Source of the DNA: Laetmonice hystrix
Lineage: Eukaryota
DNA length: 64,000 bases
Assembly (NCBI GenBank): GCA_965235115.1
Contig: OZ249436.1
Span: 23,686,001-23,750,000, forward strand
Reading direction: 5' to 3'
Shown: piece after piece, positions 48,880 through 62,450 of the stretch
Layout of the letters: each line of letters begins with the position of its first letter
Position numbering within the stretch: position 1 is the stretch's first letter
Program-made: the position numbers and the translations under genes
The notes under the pieces: generated by a model
Database searches by the model: none
What the model saw: the letters and a program-made list of their open reading frames with translations, nothing else
Told to the model about the DNA's origin: nothing

Positions 48880-51800
48880 ATCCGTGCACGCACACAATTA
48901 GTAGAGTCCTGCAATAAATGAATGACCATTGGCATAGAAGTAAACAACGATGAATTACATCATACCAGGGAGACGCCATAGGAGGCTTATAAAGGTCCCC
49001 TATTGGAAAAGAGCTATTTATCAAGATTACCGGAGATAGAAAATATATAAATAAATGAAAAAATCTTTTGTCAAAGGTGGGATTCGAACCCCCGACCTCT
49101 GGCATGAAGATCATACACTGTACCCACTGAGCCATCCAGGCACACACTCAATTTGTTGAGTGTTGCTGTAAATAAATCACCATAGTGGCAGATAACTGTG
49201 TGTTACGTCATACCATCGTTACGTCATAGCAGGCTTATAAAGGACGCCTAGTGGAAGAGAATTATGCCATTATCATTATATATCAACGAAATTCCACGAA
49301 CTTCCACATTACATGCAAAATAGACAAATTTCAAAGTCACGTGACTGAGTCATATGACGTCAGATTTTAAAAATACTGCCTTTATTCGATCAGTCCCACT
49401 ACTGAGAAGGCATATACAAAATCTGGAGAAGATTCTCCAAAAAATGAAGGAGGAGATACATTTTGACTGTTTTCTAAGTGGTGACCTGTATGTCAGAAAG
49501 GTCAAGGGTCAAAGGTCAAATGTATGTGGCAAAAGGTAAAGGTACTAGTCCTAAGTAACATGACATGAATAACTTTTGTCTATCTCTGACTGGAAGTGTT
49601 CCACGTGATATCAAAATTGATAAATATATGACGTCATAACTTGACGTCATGACGTGACATGACGTATTCCTTCATATGTCGAGGTCTCCATGTCATGATG
49701 TATCTAGCCTGAAAGTTTCATCCAGATATCTTGAAAACTGAGGGAGATATTGACCCGACCTTAACTACAACAATAATAATAACTAGACATGCAGATTGCA
49801 GGCAATCAGGTATCCCGTTCCTCTATGGATGTTTTTAGAAAGGTTCTGTATAGCATGAAAGCAAGTGAGTCATACCAATAATGAGCATAGGGTTACAAGA
49901 GAAAGACTGTGGGGAAGGTATATTCCAAATCTGGAGAAGATTCTCCAAAAAATGAGGGAGTAGATGCATTTTGACCAGTAATGAGCATAGGGTACCGACA
50001 GACCACTTAGACACCTGTGTACACAAAAATTTCTTTAAAATAAAAAATATAAAAATGAATACCCAAAAAAGGTTTGACATAGGTGGGATTTGAAGGCAAT
50101 ACCCTTGTCATAAAATTCCCACACATCTGTTCACACACATATTTTGTGTTTCTGTAAATTCATGACCAAAGTAATTAGGAACTAAGTAGAATTTTTTTTT
50201 TTAAATCATGCCATGGGTAGGATTCGAACCCACGACCCTTAGCATGAAAGTCCTACTCTCTACCACTGCACCATCCGTGCACGCACAGAATTTGTAGAGT
50301 CCTGCAATAAATGAATGACCATTGGCATAGAAGTAAAGAACGATGAATTACATCATACCGGGGAGACGCCATACCAGGCTTATAAAGGTCCCCTATTGTA
50401 CGAGAGCTATTTACCAAGATTACCGGAGGTAGAACATATATAAATAAATGAAAAAAATCTTTTGTCACAGGTGGGATTCGAACCCGAGACCTCTGGCATG
50501 AAGATCATACACTCTATCACTGAGCCATCCGGGCGCACACTCAATTTGTTGAGTGTTGCTGTAAATGAATCACCATAGTGGTAGATAACTGTGTGTTACG
50601 TCATACCATCGTTACGTCATAGCAAGCTTATAAAGGATGCCTAGTGGAAGAGAATTATGCCATTATCATTAGATATCCACGAAATTCCACGAAATTCCTC
50701 ATTACATGCAAAATTGACAAAATTCAAAGTCACGTGACTCAGCGATATGACGTCATATTTAAAAAAAATGCCATTAATCAATCCGCCCCACTATGACGAA
50801 GCTATAAATTAAATTTGGAGAAGATTCTGCAAAAAATGAAGGAGTAGATAGATTTTGACTGTTTTCTATGGCTTGACTTGTATGTCAGAAAGGTCAAATG
50901 TATGTGGTAAATGATAAAGGTACAAGTCCTAAGTGAGATGACATGAATAAGTTTTGTCTATCTCTGACTGGAAGTGTACCACGTGATCTCAAAGTTGCCG
51001 AATATAATACGTCATAACATGACGTCATGACGTCATATGACATATTCCATCATATGTTGAGGTCTCCATGTCATGATGTATCTAGCCTGAAAGTTTCATC
51101 CAGATATCTTGAAAACTGAGGGAGATATTCACCAGACCTTAACTACAACTACTACTACTACTACGACAACTAGACATGCAGATTGCAGGCAATCAGGTAT
51201 CCCGTTCCTCTATGGTTGTATCTAGAAAGGTTCTGTATAGCATGAAAGCAAGTCAATCATACCAATAATGAGCATAGGGTTACAAGAGAAAGACTGTGGG
51301 GAAGGTATATGCCAAATCTGGAGAAGATTCTCCAAAAAATGAGGGAGCAGATACATTTTGACCAGTACTGAGCATAGGGTACCGACAGACCACTTAGACA
51401 CCTGTGTACACAAAAATTTCTTCCAAATAAAAAATATAAAAATGAATACCAAAAAAAAGGGTTGACATAGGTGGGATTTTTAGGCAATACCCTTGTCATA
51501 AAATTCCCATACATCTGTTCACACACATATTTTGTAGAGTGTTTCTGTAAATTCATGACCACAGTAATTAAGAACTAAGTAAAAAATATTCAAAAAAAAT
51601 AAAAATCATGCCATGGGTAGGATTCGAATCCACGACCCTTGGCAAGGAAGTCCTACACTCTACCACAGCACCATCCGTAAACGCACACAATTAGTAGAGT
51701 CCTGCAATAAATGAATGACCATTGCCATTGGCATAGAAGTAAACAACGATGAATTACATCATACCGGGGAGAAGCCATACCAGGCTAAAAAAGGTCCCCT

Positions 51801-54800
51801 ATTGTAAGAGAGCTATTTACCAAGATTACCGGAGGTAGAACATATATAAAAAAATGAAAAAATCTTTTGTCACAGGTGGGATTCGAACCCGAGACCTCTG
51901 GCATGAAGATCATAGACTCTACCACTAAGCCATCCGGGCACACACTCAATTTGTTGAGTGTTGCTGTAAATGAATCACCATAGTGGTAGAGAACTGTGTG
52001 TTACGTCATACCATCGTTACGTCATAGCAGGCTTATAAAGGACGCCTAGTGGAAGAGAATTATGCCATTATCATTAGATATCAACGAAATTCCACGAACT
52101 TCCTCATTACATGCAAAATAGACAAAATTCAAAGTCACGTGACTCAGCGATATGACGTAATATTTTTAAAAAAACTGCCATCAATCGATCCGCCCCACTA
52201 TGATGAAGCTATAAATCAAATTTGGAGAAGATTCTGTAAAAAATGAAGGAGTAGATAGATTTTGACTGTTTTCTATGGCTTGACCTGTATGTCAGAAAGG
52301 TCAAAGGTCAAAGGTCAAATGTATGTGGTAAATGATAAAGGTACAAGTCCTAAGTGAGATGACATGAATAACTTTTGTCTATCTCTGACTGGAAGTGTAC
52401 CACGTGATCTCAAAGTTGCCAAACATAATACGTCATAACATGACGTCATGACGTCATATGACATATTCCATCATATGTTGAGGTCTCCATGTCATGATGT
52501 ATCTAGCCTGAAAGTTTCATCCAGATATCTTGAAAACTGAGGGAGATATTGACCCGACCTTAACTACAACAATAATAATAATAACTAGACATGCAGATTG
52601 CAGGCAATCAGGTATCCCGTTCCTCTATGGATGTTTTTAGAAAGGTTCTGTATAGCATGAAAGCAAGTGAGTCATACCAATAATGAGCATAGGGTTACAA
52701 GAGAAAGACTGTGGGGAAGGTATATTCCAAATCTGGAGAAGATTCTCCAAAAAATGAGGGAGTAGATGCATTTTGACCAGTAATGAGCATAGGGTACCGA
52801 CAGACCACTTAGACACCTGTGTACACAAAAATTTCTTTAAAATAAAAAATATAAAAATGAATACCCAAAAAAGGTTTGACATAGGTGGGATTTGAAGGCA
52901 ATACCCTTGTCATAAAATTCCCACACATCTGTTCACACACATATTTTGTGTTTCTGTAAATTCATGACCAAAGTAATTAGGAACTAAGTAGAATTTTTTT
53001 TTTTAAATCATGCCATGGGTAGGATTCGAACCCACGACCCTTAGCATGAAAGTCCTACTCTCTACCACTGCACCATCCGTGCACGCACAGAATTTGTAGA
53101 GTCCTGCAATAAATGAATGACCATTGGCATAGAAGTAAAGAACGATGAATTACATCATACCGGGGAGACGCCATACCAGGCTTATAAAGGTCCCCTATTG
53201 TACGAGAGCTATTTACCAAGATTACCGGAGGTAGAACATATATAAATAAATGAAAAAAATCTTTTGTCACAGGTGGGATTCGAACCCGAGACCTCTGGCA
53301 TGAAGATCATACACTCTATCACTGAGCCATCCGGGCGCACACTCAATTTGTTGAGTGTTGCTGTAAATGAATCACCATAGTGGTAGATAACTGTGTGTTA
53401 CGTCATACCATCGTTACGTCATAGCAAGCTTATAAAGGATGCCTAGTGGAAGAGAATTATGCCATTATCATTAGATATCCACGAAATTCCACGAAATTCC
53501 TCATTACATGCAAAATTGACAAAATTCAAAGTCACGTGACTCAGCGATATGACGTCATATTTAAAAAAAATGCCATTAATCGATCCGCCCCACTATGACG
53601 AAGCTATAAATTAAATTTGGAGAAGATTCTGCAAAAAATGAAGGAGTAGATAGATTTTGACTGTTTTCTATGGCTTGACTTGTATGTCAGAAAGGTCAAA
53701 GGTCAAAGGTCAAATGTATGTGGTAAATGATAAAGGTACAAGTCCTAAGTGAGATGACATGAATAAGTTTTGTCTATCTCTGACTGGAAGTGTACCACGT
53801 GATCTCAAAGTTGCCGAATATAATACGTCATAACATGACGTCATGACGTCATATGACATATTCCATCATATGTTGAGGTCTCCATGTCATGATGTATCTA
53901 GCCTGAAAGTTTCATCCAGATATCTTGAAAACTGAGGGAGATATTCACCAGACCTTAACTACAACTACTACTACGACAATAATAATAGTGTACACCCAAA
54001 CCGTACAATTTCAGAATCCCGTTCCTCAGTCGGAGGAACGGGATAATAATAGTGTACACCCAAACCGTACAATTTCAGGATCCCGTTCCTCAGTCGGAGG
54101 AACGGGATAACTAGACATGCAGATTGCAGGCAATCAGGTATCCCGTTCCTCTATGGATGTATCTAGAAAGGTTCTGTATAGCATGAAAGCAAGTCAATCA
54201 TACCAATAATGAGCATAGGGTTACAAGAGAAAGACTGTGGGGAAGGTATATGCCAAATCTGGAGAAGATTCTCCAAAAAATGAGGGAGCAGATACATTTT
54301 GACCAGTACTGAGCATAGGGTACCGACAGACCACTTAGACACCTGTGTACACAAAAATTTCTTCCAAATAAAAAATATAAAAATGAATACCAAAAAAAAA
54401 TGGTTGACATAGGTGGGATTTTTAGGCAATACCCTTGTCATAAAATTCCCACACATCTGTTCACACACATATTTTGTAGAGTGTTTCTGTAAATTCATGA
54501 CCACAGTAATTAAGAAGTAAGTAGAAAATATTTAAAAAAAATAAAAATCATGCCATGGATAGGATTCGAATCCACGACCCTTGGCAAGAAAGTCCTACAC
54601 TCTACCACAGCACCATCCGTACACGCAGACAATTAGTAGAGTCCTGCAATAAATGAATGACCATTGCCATTGGCATAGAAGTAAACAACGATGAATTACA
54701 TCATACCGGGGAGACGCCATACCAGGCTTATAAAGGTCCCCTATTGTAAGAGAGCTATTTACCAAGATTACCGGAGCTAGAACATATATAAATAAATGAA

Positions 54801-56997
54801 AAAAAATTTTGTCACAGGTGGGATTCGAACCCGAGACCTCTGGCATGAAGATCATAGACTCTACCACTAAGCCATCCGGGCACACACTCAATTTGTTGAG
54901 TGTTGCTGTAAATGAATCACCATAGTGGTAGAGAACTGTGTGTTACGTCATACCATCGTTACGTCATAGCAGGCTTATAAAGGACGCCTAGTGGAAGAGA
55001 ATTATGCCATTATCATTAGATATCCACGAAATTCCACGAACTTCCTCATTACATGCAAAATAGACAAAATTCAAAGTCACGTGACTCAGCGATATGACGT
55101 CATATTTTTAAAAAAAACTGCCATCAATCGATCCGCCCCACTATGACGAAGCTATAAATCAAATTTGGAGAAGATTCTGTAAAAAATGAAGCAGTAGATA
55201 GATTTTGACTGTTTTCTATGTCTTGACCTGTATGTCAGAAAGGTCAAAGGTCAAAGGTCAAATGTATGTGGTAAATTATAAAGGTACAAGTCCTAAGTGA
55301 GATGACATGAATAACTTTTGTCTATCTCTGACTGGAAGTGTACCACGTGATCTCAAAGTTGCCGAACATAATACGTCATAACATGACGTCATGACGTCAT
55401 ATGACATATTCCATCACATGTTGAGGTCTCCATGTCATGATGTATCTAGCCTGAAAGTTTCATCCAGATATCTTGAAAACTGAGGGAGATATTGACCCGA
55501 CCTTAACTACAACAATAATAATAATAATAACTAGACATGCAGATTGCAGGCAATCAGGTATCCCGTTCCTCTATGGATGTTTTTAGAAAGGTTCTGTATA
55601 GCATGAAAGCAAGTGAGTCATACCAATAATGAGCATAGGGTTACAAGAGAAAGACTGTGGGGAAGGTATATTCCAAATCTGGAGAAGATTCTCCAAAAAA
55701 TGAGGGAGTAGATGCATTTTGACCAGTAATGAGCATAGGGTACCGACAGACCACTTAGACACCTGTGTACACAAAAATTTCTTTAAAATAAAAAATATAA
55801 AAATGAATACCCAAAAAAGGTTTGACATAGGTGGGATTTGAAGGCAATACCCTTGTCATAAAATTCCCACACATCTGTTCACACACATATTTTGTGTTTC
55901 TGTAAATTCATGACCAAAGTAATTAGGAACTAAGTAGAATTTTTTTTTTTAAATCATGCCATGGGTAGGATTCGAACCCACGACCCTTAGCATGAAAGTC
56001 CTACTCTCTACCACTGCACCATCCGTGCACGCACAGAATTTGTAGAGTCCTGCAATAAATGAATGACCATTGGCATAGAAGTAAAGAACGATGAATTACA
56101 TCATACCGGGGAGACGCCATACCAGGCTTATAAAGGTCCCCTATTGTACGAGAGCTATTTACCAAGATTACCGGAAGTAGAACATATATAAATAAATGAA
56201 AAAAATCTTTTGTCACAGGTGGGATTCGAACCCGAGACCTCTGGCATGAAGATCATACACTCTATCACTGAGCCATCCGGGCGCACACTCAATTTGTTGA
56301 GTGTTGCTGTAAATGAATCACCATAGTGGTAGATAACTGTGTGTTACGTCATACCATCGTTACGTCATAGCAAGCTTATAAAGGATGCCTAGTGGAAGAG
56401 AATTATGCCATTATCATTAGATATCCACGAAATTCCACGAAATTCCTCATTACATGCAAAATTGACAAAATTCAAAGTCACGTGACTCAGCGATATGACG
56501 TCATATTTAAAAAAAATGCCATTAATCGATCCGCCCCACTATGACGAAGCTATAAATTAAATTTGGAGAAGATTCTGCAAAAAATGAAGGAGTAGATAGA
56601 TTTTGACTGTTTTCTATGGCTTGACTTGTATGTCAGAAAGGTCAAAGGTCAAAGGTCAAATGTATGTGGTAAATGATAAAGGTACAAGTCCTAAGTGAGA
56701 TGACATGAATAAGTTTTGTCTATCTCTGACTGGAAGTGTACCACGTGATCTCAAAGTTGCCGAATATAATACGTCATAACATGACGTCATGACGTCATAT
56801 GACATATTCCATCATATGTTGAGGTCTCCATGTCATGATGTATCTAGCCTGAAAGTTTCATCCAGATATCTTGAAAACTGAGGGAGATATTCACCAGACC
56901 TTAACTACAACTACTACTACTACTACGACAATAATAATAGTGTACACCCAAACCGTACAATTTCAGAATCCCGTTCCTCAGTCGGAGGAACGGGATA

Positions 56998-59900
56998 ACT
57001 AGTTGCGAGGAGTTGCAGGGCAACACCATGTATCCCGTTTCCTTTTTATAACATGGAAGCAGCAGAAGACGTGAAAAAAGTATTTTAAACAACATTGTAA
57101 ACATTGTTCTACACTGTAAACATTCAGCTCCTAGCTACAGCCACCTGTAAATACTGATGACGTCATACAAGGGTCACGTGACATAAATAAAAATGGCGTC
57201 AACAAAAAGGCCATATATGACTTCCTATATCAGTTCAATGGTAACTCTGGGCCTATGTGGCTCTGTTTGCAAGTTACAGCCAATTGAACATACTGATGAC
57301 GTCATACAGCCATATATGGTCATATGACATCATTAAAAATGGTGCCATTTGAAAGGACATATATCACTTCCTATATAAGTTCAATGGTAACTATGGGCCT
57401 ATCTAGCTCTGTTTTTAAGTTACAGACAATTGAATATACTGGTGACGTCATACAGCTATATTGGGTCACGTGACATCATTAAAAATCGTGTCACTGGAAA
57501 GGCCATATATGACTTCCTATTTGTGTTCAATGGTAACTATGGGTCTATCTAGCTCTGTTTCCAAGTTATAGCCAACTAAAAATATTGATGACGTCATACA
57601 GCCATATAGAGTCACGTGACATCAATAAAAATTGTGTCACTGTAAAGGCCATATATGACTTCCTATTTGTGTTCAATGGTAGGTATGGCCCTATGTGGCT
57701 CTGTTTCCGAATTATAGCCATCTGAAAATACTGATGACGTAATACAGCCATATAGAGTCACGTGACATCAATAAAAATAGTGTCACTGGAAAGGCCATAT
57801 ATGACTTCCTATTTGTGTTCAATGGTAGGTATGGCCCTATGTGGCTCTGTTTCCAAGTTATAGCCATCTGAAAATACTGATGACGTAATACAGCCATATA
57901 GGGTCACGTGACCTCATTAAAAATGGTCTCACTGGAAAGGCCATATATGACTTCCTATTTGTGTTCAATGGTAACCATGGGCCTATGTGGCTCTGTTTCC
58001 AAGTTATAGCCATCTGAATATACTGATGACGTCATACAGCCATATAGGGTCACGTGACATCATTAAAAATGGCGCCATTCGAAAGAGCATATATGACTTC
58101 CTATATGAGTTCAAGAGGAACCATGGGCCTATCTCTCATCCTTTAAAAGTTACAGGCCCTTTTATACAAACGGTTCAAGTTACAAACTTTAAGGTCACGT
58201 GACTCACTCAATATAGGTCAAAGCAAGTTCTAACGTAGTAGACTTTTTTCGGCTCTCCATTGTGTGTTATCATCTGCAGTTTAGTTGAAATTCATAAAGA
58301 ATTGTGGCCTGTGAAAGGTTTTAAGCGGTTTTTCACATGTGACCTGTAACTCACAAAGGTCAAAGGTCAATGGTCAAATGAATATGGCAAATTGTTAAGA
58401 ACTAAAAGCCTAGTTGCTGCATGGCAATAGTTTCACTCTGGACCCCCCAGGGACTGAGAACTGCATGACCCCTCTGACCACTTTGTGACCTAATAGCACC
58501 GTGACCTTAGGTCACGTGACCTTATTTTTCAAAATTTTGCGCCTAGGGGCCATGATGAACATGTGTGCAAAATTTTAGAAAGATCGCTCTAATAGCTTCT
58601 GAGATATTCACCCTAGGTCACTACAACAATAATGATAAAAAATAATAATAATAATAACTAGTTGCGAGGAGTTGCAGGGCAACACCATGTATCCCGTTTC
58701 CTTTTTATAACATGGAAGCAGCACAAGACGTGAAAAAAGGTATTTTAAACAACACTGTAAACATTGATCTACACTGTAAACATTCAGCTCCTAGCTACAG
58801 CCACCTATAAATACTGATGACGTCATACAAGGGTCACGTGACATAAATAAAAATGGGGTCAACAAAAAGGCCATATATGACTTCCTATATCAGTTCAATG
58901 GTAACCCTGGGCCTATGTAGCTCTGTTTGCAAGTTACAGCCAATTGAACATACTGATGACGTCATACAGCCATATATGGTCATATGACATCATTAAAAAT
59001 GGTGCCATTTGAAAGGACATATATCACTTCCTATACAAGTTCAATGGTAACTATGGGCCTATCTAGCTCTGTTTCCAAGTTATAGCCAACTAAAAATATT
59101 GATGACGTCATACAGCCATATAGAGTCACGTGACATCAATAAAAATAGTGTCACTGGAAAGGTCATATATGACTTCCTATTTGTGTTCAATGGTAAGTAT
59201 GGGCCTATGTGGCTCTGTTTCCAAGTTACAGCCATCTGAAAATAATGATGACGTCATACAGCCATATGGGGTCACGTGACATCATTAAAAATGGTGTCAC
59301 TGCTAAGGCCATATATGACTTCCTAGTTGTGTTCAATGGTAAATATGGGTCTATGTGGCTCTGTTTCCAAGTTATAGCAGTCTGAAAATACTGATGACGT
59401 CATACAGCCATATAAGGTCACGTGACCTCATTAAAAATGGTGTCACTGGAAAGCCCATATATGACTTCCTATTTGTGTTCAATGGTAACCATGGGCGTAT
59501 CTAGCTCGGTTTCCAAGTTATATCCATCTGAATATACTGATGACGTCATACTGCCATATCGGGTCACGTGACCTCATTAAAAATGGTGTGACTGGAAAGG
59601 CCATATATGACTTCCTATATGAGTTCAATAGTATCTATGCGCCTATGTGGCTCTGTTTCCAAGTTATAGCCATCTGAAAATACTGATGACGTCATACAGC
59701 CATACGGGGTCACGTGACATCATTAAAAATGGTGCCATTTGAAAGGGTGTATATGACTTCCTATATGAGTTCAAGAGGAACCATGGGCCTATCTCTCATC
59801 CTTTTCAAGTTACAGGCCCTTTTATACAAACGGTTCAAGTTACAAACTTTAAGGTCACGTGACTCACTCAATATAGGTCAAAGCAAGTTCTAACATAATA

Positions 59901-60426
59901 GACTTTTTTCGGCTCTCTATTGTGTGTTATAATCTGCAGTTTAGTTGAAATTCATAAAGAATTGTGGCCTGGGAAAAGTTTTAAGCGGTTTTTCACATGT
60001 GACCTGTAACTGATTAAGGTCAAAGGTCAAAGGTCAAATGAATATGGCAAATTGTTACGACCGAAAAGTCTAGTTGCTGCATGGCAATAGTTTCACTCTG
60101 GATCCCCCAGGGACTGAGAACTGCATGACCCCTCTGACCACTTTGTGACCTAATAGCACCGTGACCTTAGGTCACGTGACCTTAATTTTCGAAATTTGGC
60201 GCCTAGGGGCCATGCTGAACATGTGTGCAAAATTTTAGAAAGATAGCTCTAATAGCTTCTGAGATATTCACCTTAGGCCACTACTACAATAATAATAATA
60301 ATAGGGATGACGAATTCATACAATAACAAAATCCCGTTTCCGCTGGAAGCGGAAACGGGATAATAATAGGGATGACGAATTCGTACAATAACAAAATCCC
60401 GTTTCCGCTGGAAGCGGAAACGGGAT
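56998..60426 (-). mobile_element. Two nested ~1.65-kb Helentron-like elements (family B) with 146-bp internal satellite
   Basis: ACTAGTTGCGAGGAGTTGCAGGGCAAC...ATCCCGTTTCC at 56998 and 58657. Two terminal modules ATCCCGTTTCCGCTGGAAGCGGAAACGGGAT at 60303-60361 and 60368-60426. Confidence 0.85.
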
Positions 60427-60561
60427 AATAATAGTGTACACCCAAACCGTACAATTTCAGGATCCCGTTCCTCAGTCGGAGGAACGGGATAATAATAGTG
60501 TACACCCAAACCGTACAATTTTAGAATCCCGTTCCTCAGTCAGAGGAACGGGATAATAATA

Positions 60562-61714
60562 ACTAGCTCGGAGGTATTGCAGGGGCAATACCGAATCCCA
60601 TTCCCCATTGACGTATGTGAGGAATATGAGTAACTTTACAGTAGCAACTGTGACTCTAGTGCAAAGGCATTTATTGTATATCATAACTCTGTGTCAATTG
60701 AAAGAACATATGACTACCTATCAGTGTTTAATAGTAACTTTGGCAGTACCTTCAACCATTAAAATGTAATGTACCAGAGAAACTATAGATGACATTGCTA
60801 TCACGTCATAGGGCATGTGACCTAAAAAATAATGGTGCCAAATGAAGGAGTATTGGTGTTTCATAGTAGGCCTAACCAGGGCTCTAACTTTAACCATTTA
60901 CAAGTTATAGCCCTTAATATCGATGACGTCCTTGTGACGTCATAGGTCACGTGACCTAAAAATGATGAGGCCAAAGAAAATAGCATATATGACTTCCTAT
61001 TCGTGTTCAATATTAACCATAAGCCTATCTAGCACCGTTTAAAAGTATTATATGTAATCTTTGCAATGTTCAGAACTTCAAGGTCACGTGATTACGCGAA
61101 AATAGGTCAGATCACTATTTCAATGAATAACTTTTTGAAGCCCCCCCATGGAGAGTTCGTGTAGTCTATCTGGTTTCGATTTTATTGGGGGAAGAAGCGA
61201 TTTGCTAAAATTTGACTTATGAAAAATGACAAATGACAGAATTTCCAAAGTTTAAGGTCACGTATCTAGGTCAAAATATGGCGCAGCCCTTAGCCATGAA
61301 GTTCCCAGTTAGATACCCCTATGGAGATGTCCTGTAGTCAAGTTGGCTTCGATTTGACAAAAAATGTGGGACAAGAAACCATTTGGTCACTTTTTGACTT
61401 ATGACCTAGATCTCAGAGGTCCCAGGTCATAGGTCAAAGCGAGAGAAAATAAATATTACCCTTTAAATGCCAGGGGCCCTAATATAAATGAATTCTGCCT
61501 ATCTCTGTGTAGCTCTTTACAATGAGGTACTTTAGAAAACCTTAAAAACGTCTTTATAACGTCATAAAATGACGTCATTACGTCACATGACGTCATGAGT
61601 CATAGCACCATATCTCCTTCCTATTGTCCATGCCCCCACCAAGTTTCATTCAGATCCCTTGAAAACTGAGCGAGATATCGCCCCTGTCTAACTACATGGA
61701 ATATAATAATAATA
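60562..61714 (-). mobile_element. Helentron-like element body (family C); terminal module not in window
   Basis: ACTAG + GTATTGC/GCAATAC hairpin + ATCCCATTCCCC; ends in (AAT)n. Confidence 0.7.
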
Positions 61715-62450
61715 ACTAGAGACGAGTTGTTGCAGCGCAACAACGGATCCCATTCCCCATCTTTGGGGCCAGAAGAAATCCCCTTAGGAACACTGCAGTG
61801 GGGGCAAAACAAACAGAGGGACTCGAACGAAACACAGTTGATTATGGTGGTTGACAGAATCGATAAGAGCCATGGCTAGCTGAGATCTAGACTTTTTTCC
61901 AGCCATTTTGAATGAAAATCCTCAAAATCTCGACTATGGTTAAAGATATCAACTTCGCGTTTTAACCATTGGATTCAGCAGGAAAAATTACGTGGAAATG
62001 AGGTATCACATGACCTTTTTCGTTGATTCTAAAAAAAATTTCAAGATGGTCGCCAAAATTTGCGAATTTCTAATTTCACCACCATTTGATAGCATACTAC
62101 CCATCCTGTCTCTGACTCCAAGATGGTTTGCCTATCCATAATAGTTTTTGTGCTATGGCTCATGAAAGTTGTTTTTTTTCACCCATTTTGATTGAAAATC
62201 CTCAAAATCTCGAATATGGTTGAAGATATCAACGTCGCGTTTTCACCATTGGATTCAGCAGAAAAAATTACGTGGAAATGAGGTATCACATGACTTTTTT
62301 TCGTTGATTCTAAAAAATTCAAGATGGCCGCCAAAATTTGCGAATTTCTAATTTGACCACCATTTGATAGCATACTTCCCATACGGTCTCTGACGCCAAG
62401 AGGGTTTGCCTATCCATAATAGTTTTTGTGCTATGGCTCCCAAAATTTGG
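61715..62450 (-). mobile_element. Helentron-like element (family D) with 278-bp repeats; far end not seen
   Basis: ACTAG + GTTGTTGC/GCAACAAC hairpin + ATCCCATTCCCC; monomers homologous to 21300-23640. Confidence 0.7.

Larger units (their letters stand above)
45513..56997 (-). mobile_element. Array of seven ~1.4-kb Helitron2/Helentron-like element bodies (family A)
   Basis: ACTAGACATGCAGATTGCAGGCAATC starts at 45513, 46914, 49782, 51169, 52584, 54110, 55530. On the - strand each ends hairpin + CTAG. Terminal hairpin modules at 53988, 54052, 56940, 60434, 60498. Confidence 0.85.

Noticed and set aside
45638..56216. Repeated 70-113 aa ORFs in the array
   Set aside because: Low-complexity translations of repeat DNA with frame-disrupting indels between units.
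45955..56285. Functional tRNA gene cluster
   Set aside because: Acceptor and anticodon stems do not pair; only the promoter boxes are retained.
45513..56997. Array as pure assembly duplication
   Set aside because: Units differ by diagnostic SNPs, indels, microsatellite lengths and a unique TSD-flanked insertion, although units 5 and 7 are nearly identical and merit long-read confirmation.
57150..59810. Hammerhead ribozymes (CTGATGA in the 146-bp monomers)
   Set aside because: CTGATGA is part of the TGACGTCA palindrome context; no stem II plus GAAA-stem III geometry was found.
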